Positions 23,125-35,154 of a DNA stretch of 64,000 nucleotides are shown here, one piece after another. This DNA is from Macrostomum lignano. Lineage: Eukaryota. Under the pieces are notes generated by a model. It was given only the letters and a program-made list of their open reading frames with translations, did not search any database and had not been told where the DNA came from. The DNA lies in NCBI GenBank assembly GCA_002269645.1, contig NIVC01001370.1, positions 215,297 to 279,296 on the forward strand, in the 5' to 3' direction. The translations under genes and the position numbers were made by a program. How positions within the stretch are numbered: position 1 is the stretch's first letter; each line of letters opens with the position of its first letter.

Positions 23125-26100
23125 GCTACCCTCTCCAAAGGAATTGGCGCTACCCTCTCCAAAGGAATTGGCGCTACCCTCTCCAAAGGAATTGGCGCTA
23201 CCCTCTCCAAAGGAATTGGCGCTACCCTCTCCAAAAGAACTAGCGCTACCCTCTCCAAAGGAATTAGCGCTACCCTCTTCAAAGGAATTGGCGCTACCCT
23301 CTCCAAAGGAATTGGCGCTACCCTCTCCAAAGGAATTGGCGCTACCCTCTCCAAAAGAATTGGCGCTACCCTCTCCAAAAGAATTGGCGCTACCCTCTCC
23401 AAAGGAATTGGCGCTACCCTCTCCAAAAGAATTGGCGCTACCCTCTCCAAAGGAATTGGCGCTACCCTCTCCAAAGGAATTGGCGCTACCCTCTCCAAAA
23501 GAATTGGCGCTACCCTCTCCAAAAGAATTGGCGCTACCCTCTCCAAAGGAATTGGCGCTACCCTCTCCAAAGGAATTGGCGCTACCCTCTCCAAAAGAAC
23601 TGGCGCTACCCTCTCCAAAGGAATTGGCGCTACCCTCTCCAAAGGAATTGGCGCTACCCTCTCCAAAGGAATTGGCGCTACCCTCTCCAAAGGAATTTGC
23701 GCTACCCTCTCCAAAGGAATTGGCGCTACCCTCTCCAAAGGAATTGGCGCTACCCTCTCCAAAGGAATTGGCGCTACCCTCTCCAAAGGAATTGGCGCTA
23801 CCCTCTCCAAAGGAATTGGCGCTACCCTCTCCAAAAGAACTAGCGCTACCCTCTCCAAAGGAATTGGCGCTACCCTCTTCAAAGGAATTGGCGCTACCCT
23901 CTCCAAAGGAATTGGCGCTACCCTCTCCAAAGGAATTAGCGCTACCCTCTTCAAAGGAATTGGCGCTACCCTCTCCAAAAGAATTGGCGCTACCCTCTCC
24001 AAAAGAATTGGCGCTACCCTCTCCAAAAGAACTGGCGCTACCCTCTCCAAAGGAATTGGCGCTACCCTCTCCAAAGGAATTGGCGCTACCCTCTCCAAAA
24101 GAACTGGTGCTACCCTCTCCAAAGGAATTGGCGCTACCCTCTCCAAAGGAATTGGCGCTACCCTCTCCAAAGGAATTGGCGCTACCCTCTCCAAAGGAAT
24201 TGGCGCTACCCTCTCCAAAGGAATTGGCGCTACCCTCTCCAAAGGAATTGGCGCTACCCTCTCCAAAGGAATTGGCGCTACCCTCTCCAAAAGAACTAGC
24301 GCTACCCTCTCCAAAGGAATTGGCGCTACCCTCTCCAAAGGAATTGGCGCTACCCTCTCCAAAGGAATTGGCGCTACCCTCTCCAAAGGAATTAGCGCTA
24401 CCCTCTTCAAAGGAATTGGCGCTACCCTCTCCAAAAGAATTGGCGCTACCCTCTCCAAAAGAATTGGCGCTACCCTCTCCAAAGGAATTGGCGCTACCCT
24501 CTCCAAAAGAATTGGCGCTACCCTCTCCAAAGGAATTGGCGCTACCCTCTCCAAAGGAATTGGCGCTACCCTCTCCAAAAGAATTGGCGCTACCCTCTCC
24601 AAAAGAACTGGCGCTACCCTCTCCAAAGGAATTGGCGCTACCCTCTCCAAAAGAACTGGCGCTACCCTCTCCAAAGGAATTGGCGCTACCCTCTCCAAAG
24701 GAATTGGCGCTACCCTCTCCAAAGGAATTGGCGCTACCCTCTCCAAAAGAATTGGCGCTACCCTCTCCAAAGGAATTGGCGCTACCCTCTCCAAAGGAAT
24801 TGGCGCTACCCTCTCCAAAAGAATTGGCGCTACCCTCTCCAAAAGAATTGGCGCTACCCTCTCCAAAGGAATTGGCGCTACCCTCTCCAAAGGAATTGGC
24901 GCTACCCTCTCCAAAAGAACTGGCGCTACCCTCTCCAAAGGAATTGGCGCTACCCTCTCCAAAGGAATTGGCGCTACCCTCTCCAAAGGAATTGGCGCTA
25001 CCCTCTCCAAAGGAATTTGCGCTACCCTCTCCAAAGGAATTGGCGCTACCCTCTCCAAAGGAATTGGCGCTACCCTCTCCAAAGGAATTGGCGCTACCCT
25101 CTCCAAAGGAATTGGCGCTACCCTCTCCAAAGGAATTGGCGCTACCCTCTCCAAAAGAACTAGCGCTACCCTCTCCAAAGGAATTGGCGCTACCCTCTTC
25201 AAAGGAATTGGCGCTACCCTCTCCAAAGGAATTGGCGCTACCCTCTCCAAAGGAATTAGCGCTACCCTCTTCAAAGGAATTGGCGCTACCCTCTCCAAAA
25301 GAATTGGCGCTACCCTCTCCAAAAGAATTGGCGCTACCCTCTCCAAAAGAACTGGCGCTACCCTCTCCAAAGGAATTGGCGCTACCCTCTCCAAAGGAAT
25401 TGGCGCTACCCTCTCCAAAAGAACTGGCGCTACCCTCTCCAAAGGAATTGGCGCTACCCTCTCCAAAGGAATTGGCGCTACCCTCTCCAAAGGAATTGGC
25501 GCTACCCTCTCCAAAGGAATTGGCGCTACCCTCTCCAAAGGAATTGGCGCTACCCTCTCCAAAGGAATTGGCGCTACCCTCTCCAAAGGAATTGGCGCTA
25601 CCCTCTCCAAAGGAATTGGCGCTACCCTCTCCAAAGGAATTGGCGCTACCCTCTCCAAAGGAATTGGCGCTACCCTCTCCAAAGGAATTGGCGCTACCCT
25701 CTCCAAAAGAATTGGCGCTACCCTCTCCAAAGGAATTGGCGCTACCCTCTCCAAAGGAATTGGCGCAACCCTCTCCAAAGGAATTAGCGCTACCCTCTTC
25801 AAAGGAATTGGCGCTACCCTCTCCAAAAGAATTGGCGCTACCCTCTCCAAAAGAATTGGCGCTACCCTCTCCAAAGGAATTGGCGCTACCCTCTCCAAAA
25901 GAATTGGCGCTACCCTCTCCAAAGGAATTGGCGCTACCCTCTCCAAAGGAATTGGCGCTACCCTCTCCAAAAGAATTGGCGCTACCCTCTCCAAAAGAAC
26001 TGGCGCTACCCTCTCCAAAGGAATTGGCGCTACCCTCTCCAAAAGAACTGGCGCTACCCTCTCCAAAGGAATTGGCGCTACCCTCTCCAAAGGAATTGGC

Positions 26101-28385
26101 GCTACCCTCTCCAAAGGAATTAGCGCTATCCTCTTCAAAGGAATTGGCGCTACCCTCTCCAAAAGAATTGGCGCTACCCTCTCCAAAAGAATTGGCGCTA
26201 CCCTCTCCAAAGGAATTGGCGCTACCCTCTCCAAAAGAATTGGCGCTACCCTCTCCAAAGGAATTGGCGCTACCCTCTCCAAAGGAATTGGCGCTACCCT
26301 CTCCAAAAGAATTGGCGCTACCCTCTCCAAAAGAACTGGCGCTACCCTCTCCAAAGGAATTGGCGCTACCCTCTCCAAAAGAACTGGCGCTACCCTCTCC
26401 AAAGGAATTGGCGCTACCCTCTCCAAAGGAATTGGCGCTACCCTCTCCAAAGGAATTGGCGCTACCCTCTCCAAAAGAATTGGCGCTACCCTCTCCAAAG
26501 GAATTGGCGCTACCCTCTCCAAAGGAATTGGCGCTACCCTCTCCAAAAGAATTGGCGCTACCCTCTCCAAAAGAATTGGCGCTACCCTCTCCAAAGGAAT
26601 TGGCGCTACCCTCTCCAAAGGAATTGGCGCTACCCTCTCCAAAAGAACTGGCGCTACCCTCTCCAAAGGAATTGGCGCTACCCTCTCCAAAGGAATTGGC
26701 GCTACCCTCTCCAAAGGAATTGGCGCTACCCTCTCCAAAGGAATTTGCGCTACCCTCTCCAAAGGAATTGGCGCTACCCTCTCCAAAGGAATTGGCGCTA
26801 CCCTCTCCAAAGGAATTGGCGCTACCCTCTCCAAAGGAATTGGCGCTACCCTCTCCAAAGGAATTGGCGCTACCCTCTCCAAAAGAACTAGCGCTACCCT
26901 CTCCAAAGGAATTGGCGCTACCCTCTTCAAAGGAATTGGCGCTACCCTCTCCAAAGGAATTGGCGCTACCCTCTCCAAAGGAATTAGCGCTACCCTCTTC
27001 AAAGGAATTGGCGCTACCCTCTCCAAAAGAATTGGCGCTACCCTCTCCAAAAGAATTGGCGCTACCCTCTCCAAAAGAACTGGCGCTACCCTCTCCAAAG
27101 GAATTGGCGCTACCCTCTCCAAAGGAATTGGCGCTACCCTCTCCAAAAGAACTGGCGCTACCCTCTCCAAAGGAATTGGCGCTACCCTCTCCAAAGGAAT
27201 TGGCGCTACCCTCTCCAAAGGAATTGGCGCTACCCTCTCCAAAGGAATTGGCGCTACCCTCTCCAAAGGAATTGGCGCTACCCTCTCCAAAGGAATTGGC
27301 GCTACCCTCTCCAAAGGAATTGGCGCTACCCTCTCCAAAGGAATTGGCGCTACCCTCTCCAAAGGAATTGGCGCTACCCTCTCCAAAGGAATTGGCGCTA
27401 CCCTCTCCAAAGGAATTGGCGCTACCCTCTCCAAAAGAATTGGCGCTACCCTCTCCAAAAGAATTGGCGCTACCCTCTCCAAAGGAATTGGCGCTACCCT
27501 CTCCAAAGGAATTAGCGCTACCCTCTTCAAAGGAATTGGCGCTACCCTCTCCAAAAGAATTGGCGCTACCCTCTCCAAAAGAATTGGCGCTACCCTCTCC
27601 AAAGGAATTGGCGCTACCCTCTCCAAAAGAATTGGCGCTACCCTCTCCAAAGGAATTGGCGCTACCCTCTCCAAAGGAATTGGCGCTACCCTCTCCAAAA
27701 GAATTGGCGCTACCCTCTCCAAAAGAACTGGCGCTACCCTCTCCAAAGGAATTGGCGCTACCCTCTCCAAAAGAACTGGCGCTACCCTCTCCAAAGGAAT
27801 TGGCGCTACCCTCTCCAAAAGAACTGGCGCTACCCTCTCCAAAAGAATTGGCGCTACCCTCTCCAAAAGAACTGGCGCTACCCTCTCCAAAGGAATTGGC
27901 GCTACCCTCTCCAAAAGAATTGGCGCTACCCTCTCCAAAAGAACTGGCGCTACCCTCTCCAAAGGAATTGGCGCTACCCTCTCCAAAAGAACTGGTGCTA
28001 CCCTCTCCAAAGGAATTGGCGCTACCCTCTCCAAAGGAATTGGCGCTACCCTCTCCAAAGGAATTGGCGCTACCCTCTCCAAAGGAATTGGCGCTACCCT
28101 CTCCAAAAGAACTAGCGCTACCCTCTCCAAAGGAATTGGCGCTACCCTCTCCAAAGGAATTGGCGCTACCCTCTCTAAAGGAATTGGCGCTACCCTCTCC
28201 AAAAGAATTGGCGCTACCCTCTCCAAAAGAACTGGCGCTACCCTCTCCAAAAGAATTGGCGCTACCCTCTCCAAAAGAATTGGCGCTACCCTCTCCAAAA
28301 GAACTGGCGCTACCCTCTCCAAAGGAATTGGCGCTACCCTCTCCAAAAGAACTGGCGCTACCCTCTCCAAAGGAATTGGCGCTGT
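23125..28385. repeat. 24-bp satellite GGCGCTACCCTCTCCAAAGGAATT (~219 units) with higher-order structure
   Basis: Direct inspection. Confidence 0.98.
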
Positions 28386-29149
28386 CCCTCGGACTTTTTA
28401 ACTCGCTTTCGCACCTGAGCCAAAAATATTGATAAGAAATGTTTTGCGTGTTCAAAACCGTGCTCTTGAATTCTAATCAGAAAAGGTTTTATGCAGCTTG
28501 GCCTGCCCTTGCCCTTCCTGCGTTCACGCGAAGATATTACGGCCGCTTCTTCCATGCAGTTTTATATATAGCTTGAAAATGAAAAGTAGCCACCCTGCCA
28601 AGCGTCCAGGGACCGCGCCCATTCCTAGGGTTTAGATATTTGTTCAATTCAGATTTCGTTAAAACAAAAGCAAACATAGCGAATCACTTAGCAACTAAGG
28701 GTAAAACACAGTTTTCCACTCTAAAATCTTGTCTATATGGTCTCCATTGTTCTTTGCAGATTCTTGAAGTCCAGTGAGAGCCGGCCACCGTTGCCAAAAC
28801 GCTATCATGTAGGTCTTAATATTCATTGTATGTCGAATATAAAATGTGTTGACTAATTGTAGACATTCCATCGATCTCAGCAACTTCATAATACAACTAA
28901 ATCAAGTGAGCAGTGTGTGAGCAGATTAATGCGCGGTGGGTCACAGGATTCACATGCCAGTGTTTTTTCAATATTTGGTTTTAGGCGTAAATTTTTGAGA
29001 AATGGAAGTTTGAGCTGGACCACCTGGTCGTTTGGGTGTGGATGAAGTGTCTGCGCACGCTATTCATATGTCAGCAGCGTGCTAGACTGGGCGAATAGGA
29101 GTTGGAGACTCGGTGAAATGCGATAATTGACGGGCGCATACAGTGAGAA

Positions 29150-30345
29150 TTAGTGATAGGTGAGAATCGGGAATAGGCATGAGAGTTGGCGAAAGATTAG
29201 AATCGCGCAAGGTAAGAATGGGGTCCATGAGAATTGCCCACCGAGATTTGCCCGCCGAGATTTGCCCGCCGAGATTTGCCCGCCGAGATTTGCCCGCCGA
29301 GATTTGCCCGCAGTACATTTTGCCCGCGAGTGAACTCTGTCTGCATGCCCCCCCCCCCAAAAAATATGCATTTGATATGCAGTTACTATCAAAACGTTTG
29401 ATCGGGTAAATCTATTTATTAAGACTTACTAAGCTTTGGGGAGGCAGTGCAGACAAAATCAGCCGCGTAGCCAAAATTCGCTGCAGGAAAAAAGCATTGC
29501 GGGCAAATCTCGGCGGGCAATTCATCTGTGCGCATTTCTCGTGCTCCCGTAAGAATGGGCACAAGATGAGAATCGGCGAAAGGTGAGAATCAGGAATAAG
29601 TGATAGTGCAGGGAATAGGTCGGCGAAGGATAAGAAAAGGCAAAAGGTGAGAATCGCGCAAGGTGGGAGCCGGCGAAAGATGAGAATCGGCGAATGATAA
29701 AAATCGGTAAAATATGAGATTCGCGCAAGGTAAGATTGGGCACAAGATGAGAATCGCACAAGGTAAGACTGGGCACAAGATGAGAATCGCGCAAGGTAAG
29801 ATTGGGCACAAGATGAGAATCGCACAAGGTAAGATTGGGCACAAGATGAGAATCGCGCAAGGTAATATTGGGCAAAAGATGAGAATCGCGCAAGGTAAGA
29901 TTGGGCACAAGATGAGAATCGCACAAGGTAAGATTGGGCACAAGATGAGAATCGCACAAGGTAAGATTGGGCACAAGATGAGAATCGCACAAGGTAAGAT
30001 TGGGCACAAGATGAGAATCGCACAAGGTAATATTGGGCAAAAGATGAGAATCGCACAAGGTAAGATTGGGCACAAGATGAGAATCGCACAAGGTAAGATT
30101 GGGCACAAGATGAGAATCGCACAAGGTAAGATTGGGCACAAGATGAGAATCGCGCAAGGTAATATTGGGCAAAAGATGAGAATCGCGCAAGGTAAGATTG
30201 GGCACAAGATGAGAATCGCACAAGGTAAGATTGGGCACAAGATGAGAATCGCGCAAGGTAAGATTGGGCACAAGATGAGAATCGCACAAGGTAAGATTGG
30301 GCACAAGATGAGAATCGCGCAAGGTAAGATTGGGCAAAGATGAGA
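29150..30345. repeat. 33-bp minisatellite GATGAGAATCGCACAAGGTAAGATTGGGCACAA, interrupted by a MITE
   Basis: Homogeneous at 29715-30340, with degenerate units on both sides of the insertion. Confidence 0.93.
29221..29548. mobile_element. Mutator-like foldback MITE, 9-bp TSD GTAAGAATG
   Basis: TSD at 29212-29220 and 29549-29557; ends GGG...CCC; long imperfect inverted arms containing GAGATTTGCCCGCC repeats. Confidence 0.8.
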
Positions 30346-30441
30346 ATCAGCGATACGGTGAGAATCGATGAAATGGACAACGGCGAGAATCGCGAGCAGA
30401 AAATGAGCAGCAGGAGAAGCCGTCTGCATTCCAGGACTCAC

Positions 30442-30678
30442 CCAGCCGCCGGCTCTGACAACCCAGGCCGATGCGGTTTTGCGGAAATAATCCAGCGACC
30501 AGTTGTAGACCTGGCAGAATGCCAAGCGGTCTGAGCACTCGGCCGCCGTCAGAGCCAGCTCTGTGCAGAACAGCAGAATGCTGCAGCACTGGCCTCGGAT
30601 GTCGCCACGCCTGTGCTGCCTAGCGATCGCTTTGAGCTGATTCTCAAACTGTGGGCGGCTCATGCTGTGCAGATTCAC
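30442..30678 (-). CDS. Bax-like Bcl-2 family protein, exon 3 (BH1/BH2 region)
   Basis: Acceptor CCCGCCTCAG|, donor TGG|GTGAGT; FCQVYNWSLDYFRKTASAWVVRAGGW parallels Bax IRTIMGWTLDFLRERLLGWIQDQGGW. Confidence 0.8.
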
Positions 30679-30738
30679 CTGAGGCGGGATTGGAGCAGAT
30701 GGGATTGCTATCTCATTCTATCGAGGTCAAATAAGGAC

Positions 30739-30947
30739 GGGGGGGGGGCATCCCAAGCCGGAAAAATCACAACTCCGAAGAGCGCTTTCTTATCATAACT
30801 CTGAAAGTTCTAGCAACGCCCAACGCTATTTTGGTTTTCGGAGTTGTGCTATTTCGGGTTTGTGATATTTCAGGTTTATGATAGTTCGGGTTTGTGATGG
30901 GAAGTGATTTCGGAGTTGTGATTTTTCGGTTCATGATGGCGACCCCC
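30739..30947. mobile_element. Small foldback element with ~40-bp TIRs (GGG...CCC)
   Basis: GAAAAATCACAACTCCGAA at 30761 and its reverse complement at 30909; no clear TSD. Confidence 0.5.
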
Positions 30948-30949
30948 AC

Positions 30950-31275
30950 TATAGAACTATTCGAGAATCTGTTGAGGTCTATAAGAAAGACTATTCGAGA
31001 AGCTGTTGAGGTCAAATAAGAACTATTTGAGAAGCTGTTGAGGTCAAATAAAGACTATTCGAGATGCTGTTGAGGTCAAATAAAAACTATTCGAGATGCT
31101 GTTGAGGTCAAATATAGACTATTCGAGATGCTGTTGAGGTCAAATATAGACTATTCGAGATGCTGTTGAGGTCAAATAAGAACTATTCGAGATGCTGTTG
31201 AGGTCAAATAAGAACTATTCGAGATGCTGTTGAGGTCAAATCAGAACTATTCGAGATGCTGTTGAGGTCAAATAA
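30950..31275. repeat. 32-bp minisatellite GAACTATTCGAGATGCTGTTGAGGTCAAATAA
   Basis: About 10 units. Confidence 0.93.
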
Positions 31276-32079
31276 GGGCACAATTTGAATAGTTGTCAAA
31301 ATCATCTGAAGAATATACTCGTATAGTCAGTATTTGCTGACTATCTCGCTACTGCCAAAAATTTCAGCGCACTTTAATACGGTATAAATAACCGTGAATC
31401 GAATGTTAATATTAATACTTATCTACCGCCCAAAAGCCAGGCGGTGAGCTAAAAATATCGACAAATGTTTATGAACATCTTAATTGCCAACGGACTGAAA
31501 GTCACCTGTCGGACAGACAAATTTAAACTTTAAATTCTATTATAGAAGTTATAGAATAATAGCAATTATCGATTCGAGTTAAGAATAATTGGATTCTCTG
31601 TTTTACATCTATAAATTGTAGAAATACGGCTGGAGTAACTATACATGTGCAATTAGTATAAAATACCTCGTCATCTAGTTAGACTGACTTAGACCCTAGC
31701 GGCTCACCTCAACTCCCTTTCCTTCAAGTTAAGGGCCCCCAAACCGGGGATTGAAAGAATCGGGGGCGCCGAGATGACCTCAAACTGACCTTGACCTCAA
31801 CCTTGTCCGCTCGGGGCCAGTGGGCGGCGCCACAACAAGCATAAGCTGTGTTTGCAGATTGAATTTATTATTAATATCGTCTGACATCTTTGGCATAATT
31901 CCATGCAGTCTAATGCTCTATAGCCTCTAAGTGTAATTGCCTACTTGCACGTTGGACTGAGTATTTTCTGACGAAATGGTATGCTGTCCAATGCTGATAT
32001 GTATTAATACATGCATTGTCTGTCCCTAACTCCTGCCTCTAGACCTGGCCAAGGTCAGCCAATTTTCATAGTTCTTACC

Positions 32080-32365
32080 TCCCTATATCCTTATCTCCTC
32101 TCTCCTTATCTCCCCTCCCTCCTTATCTCCTCTCTCTCCTTATCTCCTCTCTCTCCTTATCTCTCCTCTCTCCTTATCTCCCCTCTCATTATCTCCCCTC
32201 TCTCCTTATCTCTCCTCTCTCCTTATCTCCCCTCTCCTTATCTCCCCTCATTATCTCCCCTCTCTCCTTATCTCCTCTCTCCTTATCTCCCCTCTCATTA
32301 TCTCCCCTCTCTCCTTATCTCTCCTCTCTCCTTATCTCTCCTCTCTCCTTATCTACCCTCTCTGC
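32080..32365. repeat. CT-rich repeat CTCCTCTCTCCTTAT
   Basis: Direct inspection. Confidence 0.9.
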
Positions 32366-32534
32366 CTCGCCCACTGGCTCTGTCTCCTTCACTTTTCTTC
32401 TCTTAATCTATCTATCTAATTATTCTTTCTGCGTTTTCAAATTATAATTGAATCCACAATCATACAAAATCACAAAGAATAAAAAACTAGTTGTAACTCA
32501 CTCATAACTACGAGCGTACACTGATTAAACTCAC

Positions 32535-32661
32535 CTGTCTAACCCTCCGAATAACCGCGAATCCGTGCCGAGTAGAGCGCAGCTCAGCCGTCACAGCGAA
32601 CAAGGTCGCCGCAGCTGCTAGGCACTTTTGACATCGTTCGGCTACGGCCGGACTGCTCTCA
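32535..32661 (-). CDS. Bax-like protein, exon 2 (BH3 region)
   Basis: Acceptor CGCTTTCAG| (phase 2), donor CAG|GTGAGT (phase 0); open frame ESSPAVAERCQKCLAAAATLFAVTAELRSTRHGFAVIRRVRQ. Confidence 0.7.
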
Positions 32662-32765
32662 CTGAAAGCGAATTTTGTCGTGGTAAACGGAATGAGTAAA
32701 CGGAATGAGTAATAATATGTGCGTGTAAATGGTCAGAAGCTTCGTCATCTAATTAGTAAACTCAC

Positions 32766-33205
32766 ACTCTGCCGCCACTGTTTTCGAGCACTTCGACCAT
32801 CTGAGCGGCCTGCTCAGTGCTGAGTCTGGGCCCCTCCAGCGCCAATCGGAAGCACTGTCGAACAATGAGCTGCGAATCCTGCTCAATGTTGTGCACCCGT
32901 CGAGTACTACTAGCCCGAGGGAAGTAGGGCCCCGAGTCGGCGTCGACCGTACCATCCGCTGCTACATCGCCGCCACTAATCATCGACTCGTGGGGAATCT
33001 CTAACGCCAAATCGAAGGTCACGATACTGCTGCTTGTGGACGCGGAGTTCCGACTGCGAGACCGGCGCCTGGCTAGGAGGCCACTGCCAGCGGCTGCCAG
33101 ATTAAGACTGCCAGATCGCGTCTTCATGATGGAGCGTCCAGCTGCTGTTGCTGCCGCTGTCGACGAACTGGACGGTGCTGATGGCGATGCTGGTGTAGAT
33201 GACAT
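32766..33205 (-). CDS. Bax-like protein, exon 1 (Ser-rich N-terminus + helix 1)
   Basis: ATG at 33205 just after a TTGCAG acceptor; donor AGAGT|GTGAGT (phase 2); IEQDSQLIVRQCF resembles Bax helix 1. Confidence 0.7.
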
Positions 33206-34094
33206 TTCCTCTGCAATAAGCCGAAATCAAAGCATATACCGCTAAGAAACTACGGCGGGGTGGAGGCGAGTCTTAGAAGACTTTAAGAAAGGGCCTCGGC
33301 TTAGCACTAGCAGACAGTAGGTGGGGGTTGGCTGTTTTTCAATTCAGTTTGGTTTTTCAGGCCTGTTGTTGGCGCTATATAATCGAGTCTATTTTTAGCT
33401 CAGCCCCAACTGACCAATAGGAGGAGAGTAGCAGGGAAAGGGTTTTTATGACCCGCCGGTCCCAGCGAATGGGCGATCGCGCGATCCTTAATAAGGGTAA
33501 GGGTGAGGCGTGGGAAAATAGGATCGGACTTAGTCGCGCCGACCAATAAAGAAGAGAGTTATTTGCGGCGGAGCGGAACTTGGGCTGGGTATCAAAGGGA
33601 ACCAACCAACCAGCCAGTCATCAAAAAGATAGTCAAGACAGACACCGTCACCAACCCCCCTTTCAAAGGCACCACGAGACGAAGAAAAACATCAACAGGT
33701 TCAATGCAGGACACAATATAGGAGTTTAGAGTTCAATTCTTATCGCTATATGATATTGGAGTCTGGACAGAGCTAACCCTTTGTCGAAGGAAACCGTTTG
33801 TGTGCCGCTTACATCCGGGAATTATGTATGTAAACAGAGGAGTAGAAAAATACTTGAAGCTAAAAGTTATATGGGTGGGGATGGGAAGTAAAAAGACACT
33901 TTACTTTACTTTCGTTTCAACTATCGTGCATCAGGTCAAGTTTATTTTTCTAGGTTTAAAAACCCTTTGTTAAGTCGATGTGTTATCGTATATGAATGTA
34001 AAACAGACAAGATACTATCGTAGATCATATATTAGATAAGATTAAAAAATCGAAAGCTCGCATAGCCCAGAGCCATTTTTCTCTATTTAGACAA

Positions 34095-34500
34095 GAGGGA
34101 GAGGGAGAGTGGGAGAGAGGAAGAGTGGGAGAGTGCAGGAGAGGGAGAGTAGGAGAGAAGTCAGAGAGAGGGAGAGAGGGAGAGAGGGAGAGTGGGAGAG
34201 AGGAAGAGTGGGAGAGTGGGAGAGGGAGAGTAGGAGAGAAGTCAGAGAGAGGGAGAGAGGGAGAGAGGGAGAGTGGGAAAGAGGGAGAGTGAGAGAGAGG
34301 GAGAGTGGGAGAGGGAGAGTAGGAGAGAAGTCAGAGAGAGGGAGAGAGGGAGAGAGGGAGAGTGGGAGAGAGGAAGAGTGGGAGAGTGGGAGAGTGGGAA
34401 AGTGGGAGAGTGGGAGAGGGAGAGTGGGAGAGGGAGAGTGGGAGAGGGAGAGTGGGAGAGGGAGAGTGGGAGAGGGAGAGTGGGAGAGTGGGAAAGGGAG
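34095..34500. repeat. GA-rich purine repeat (GGGAGAGTGGGAGA)
   Basis: Direct inspection. Confidence 0.93.
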
Positions 34501-35154
34501 AATGGGACGTCAACTTTTTATGAATACAAACTCCAGAGAAATCAAAGGTATATATATAGGATAAAAATGGTATTCCTCAGAGGCCACCGCAAACAAGGAC
34601 AACTGAAGTATTGAATATACACAGTGTACGTTGCTCTAGTTGTCATTTCCGCGGAACAGGGGGCAGAGTGGGCACTGTCCTCCCCCCTGACACTTGGAGT
34701 TTGGGAAGGGGATTTTTATCGACAATAAGAATAAGAATTCGAGCAATGCAGTTGTGTATTCCTTTGAAATGGGCAGTATCGCATATTATAATTGCATGCG
34801 TATTATAATTGAAGTGGAATGTATAAAGCCGTATAAATTTAAGATACTCGTATCCTACCAAGAGTTCTTTGTTATGAACTCCATTTGGGTACATGGGAGG
34901 GTTACAAATCGCGTTAGAGCCCTCACGCACAAATTGGAAATTTTTATCCGCAAAAGTCAAAACTACATGTATACTTCAAAATTAATTATTATGTATTAAT
35001 AAATTATTAAAATTAATAAAATTAATAAATTATGTATGCAAAAAAAAGTTGATTTTAAGTCGGTTGAGTGGTCTTTATATACTAGGGAGCATAATTGGGA
35101 AAAGCGAAGAGGTGTTTAGAAAAGGGACGTTATAGAACGACTTATCAGAGAATA

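Noticed and set aside
23016-28455. Minus-strand ERVAPIPL and GEGSANSF ORFs as ice-nucleation or FG-repeat proteins
   Set aside because: The unit simply lacks stops in these frames; no signal peptide or flanking domains; only a superficial GxGS resemblance
29412-30380. Cys-rich repeat ORFs (CAQSYLVRFSS, CPILPCAILIL)
   Set aside because: 33-bp array translations; only 30678-30442 is a supported exon
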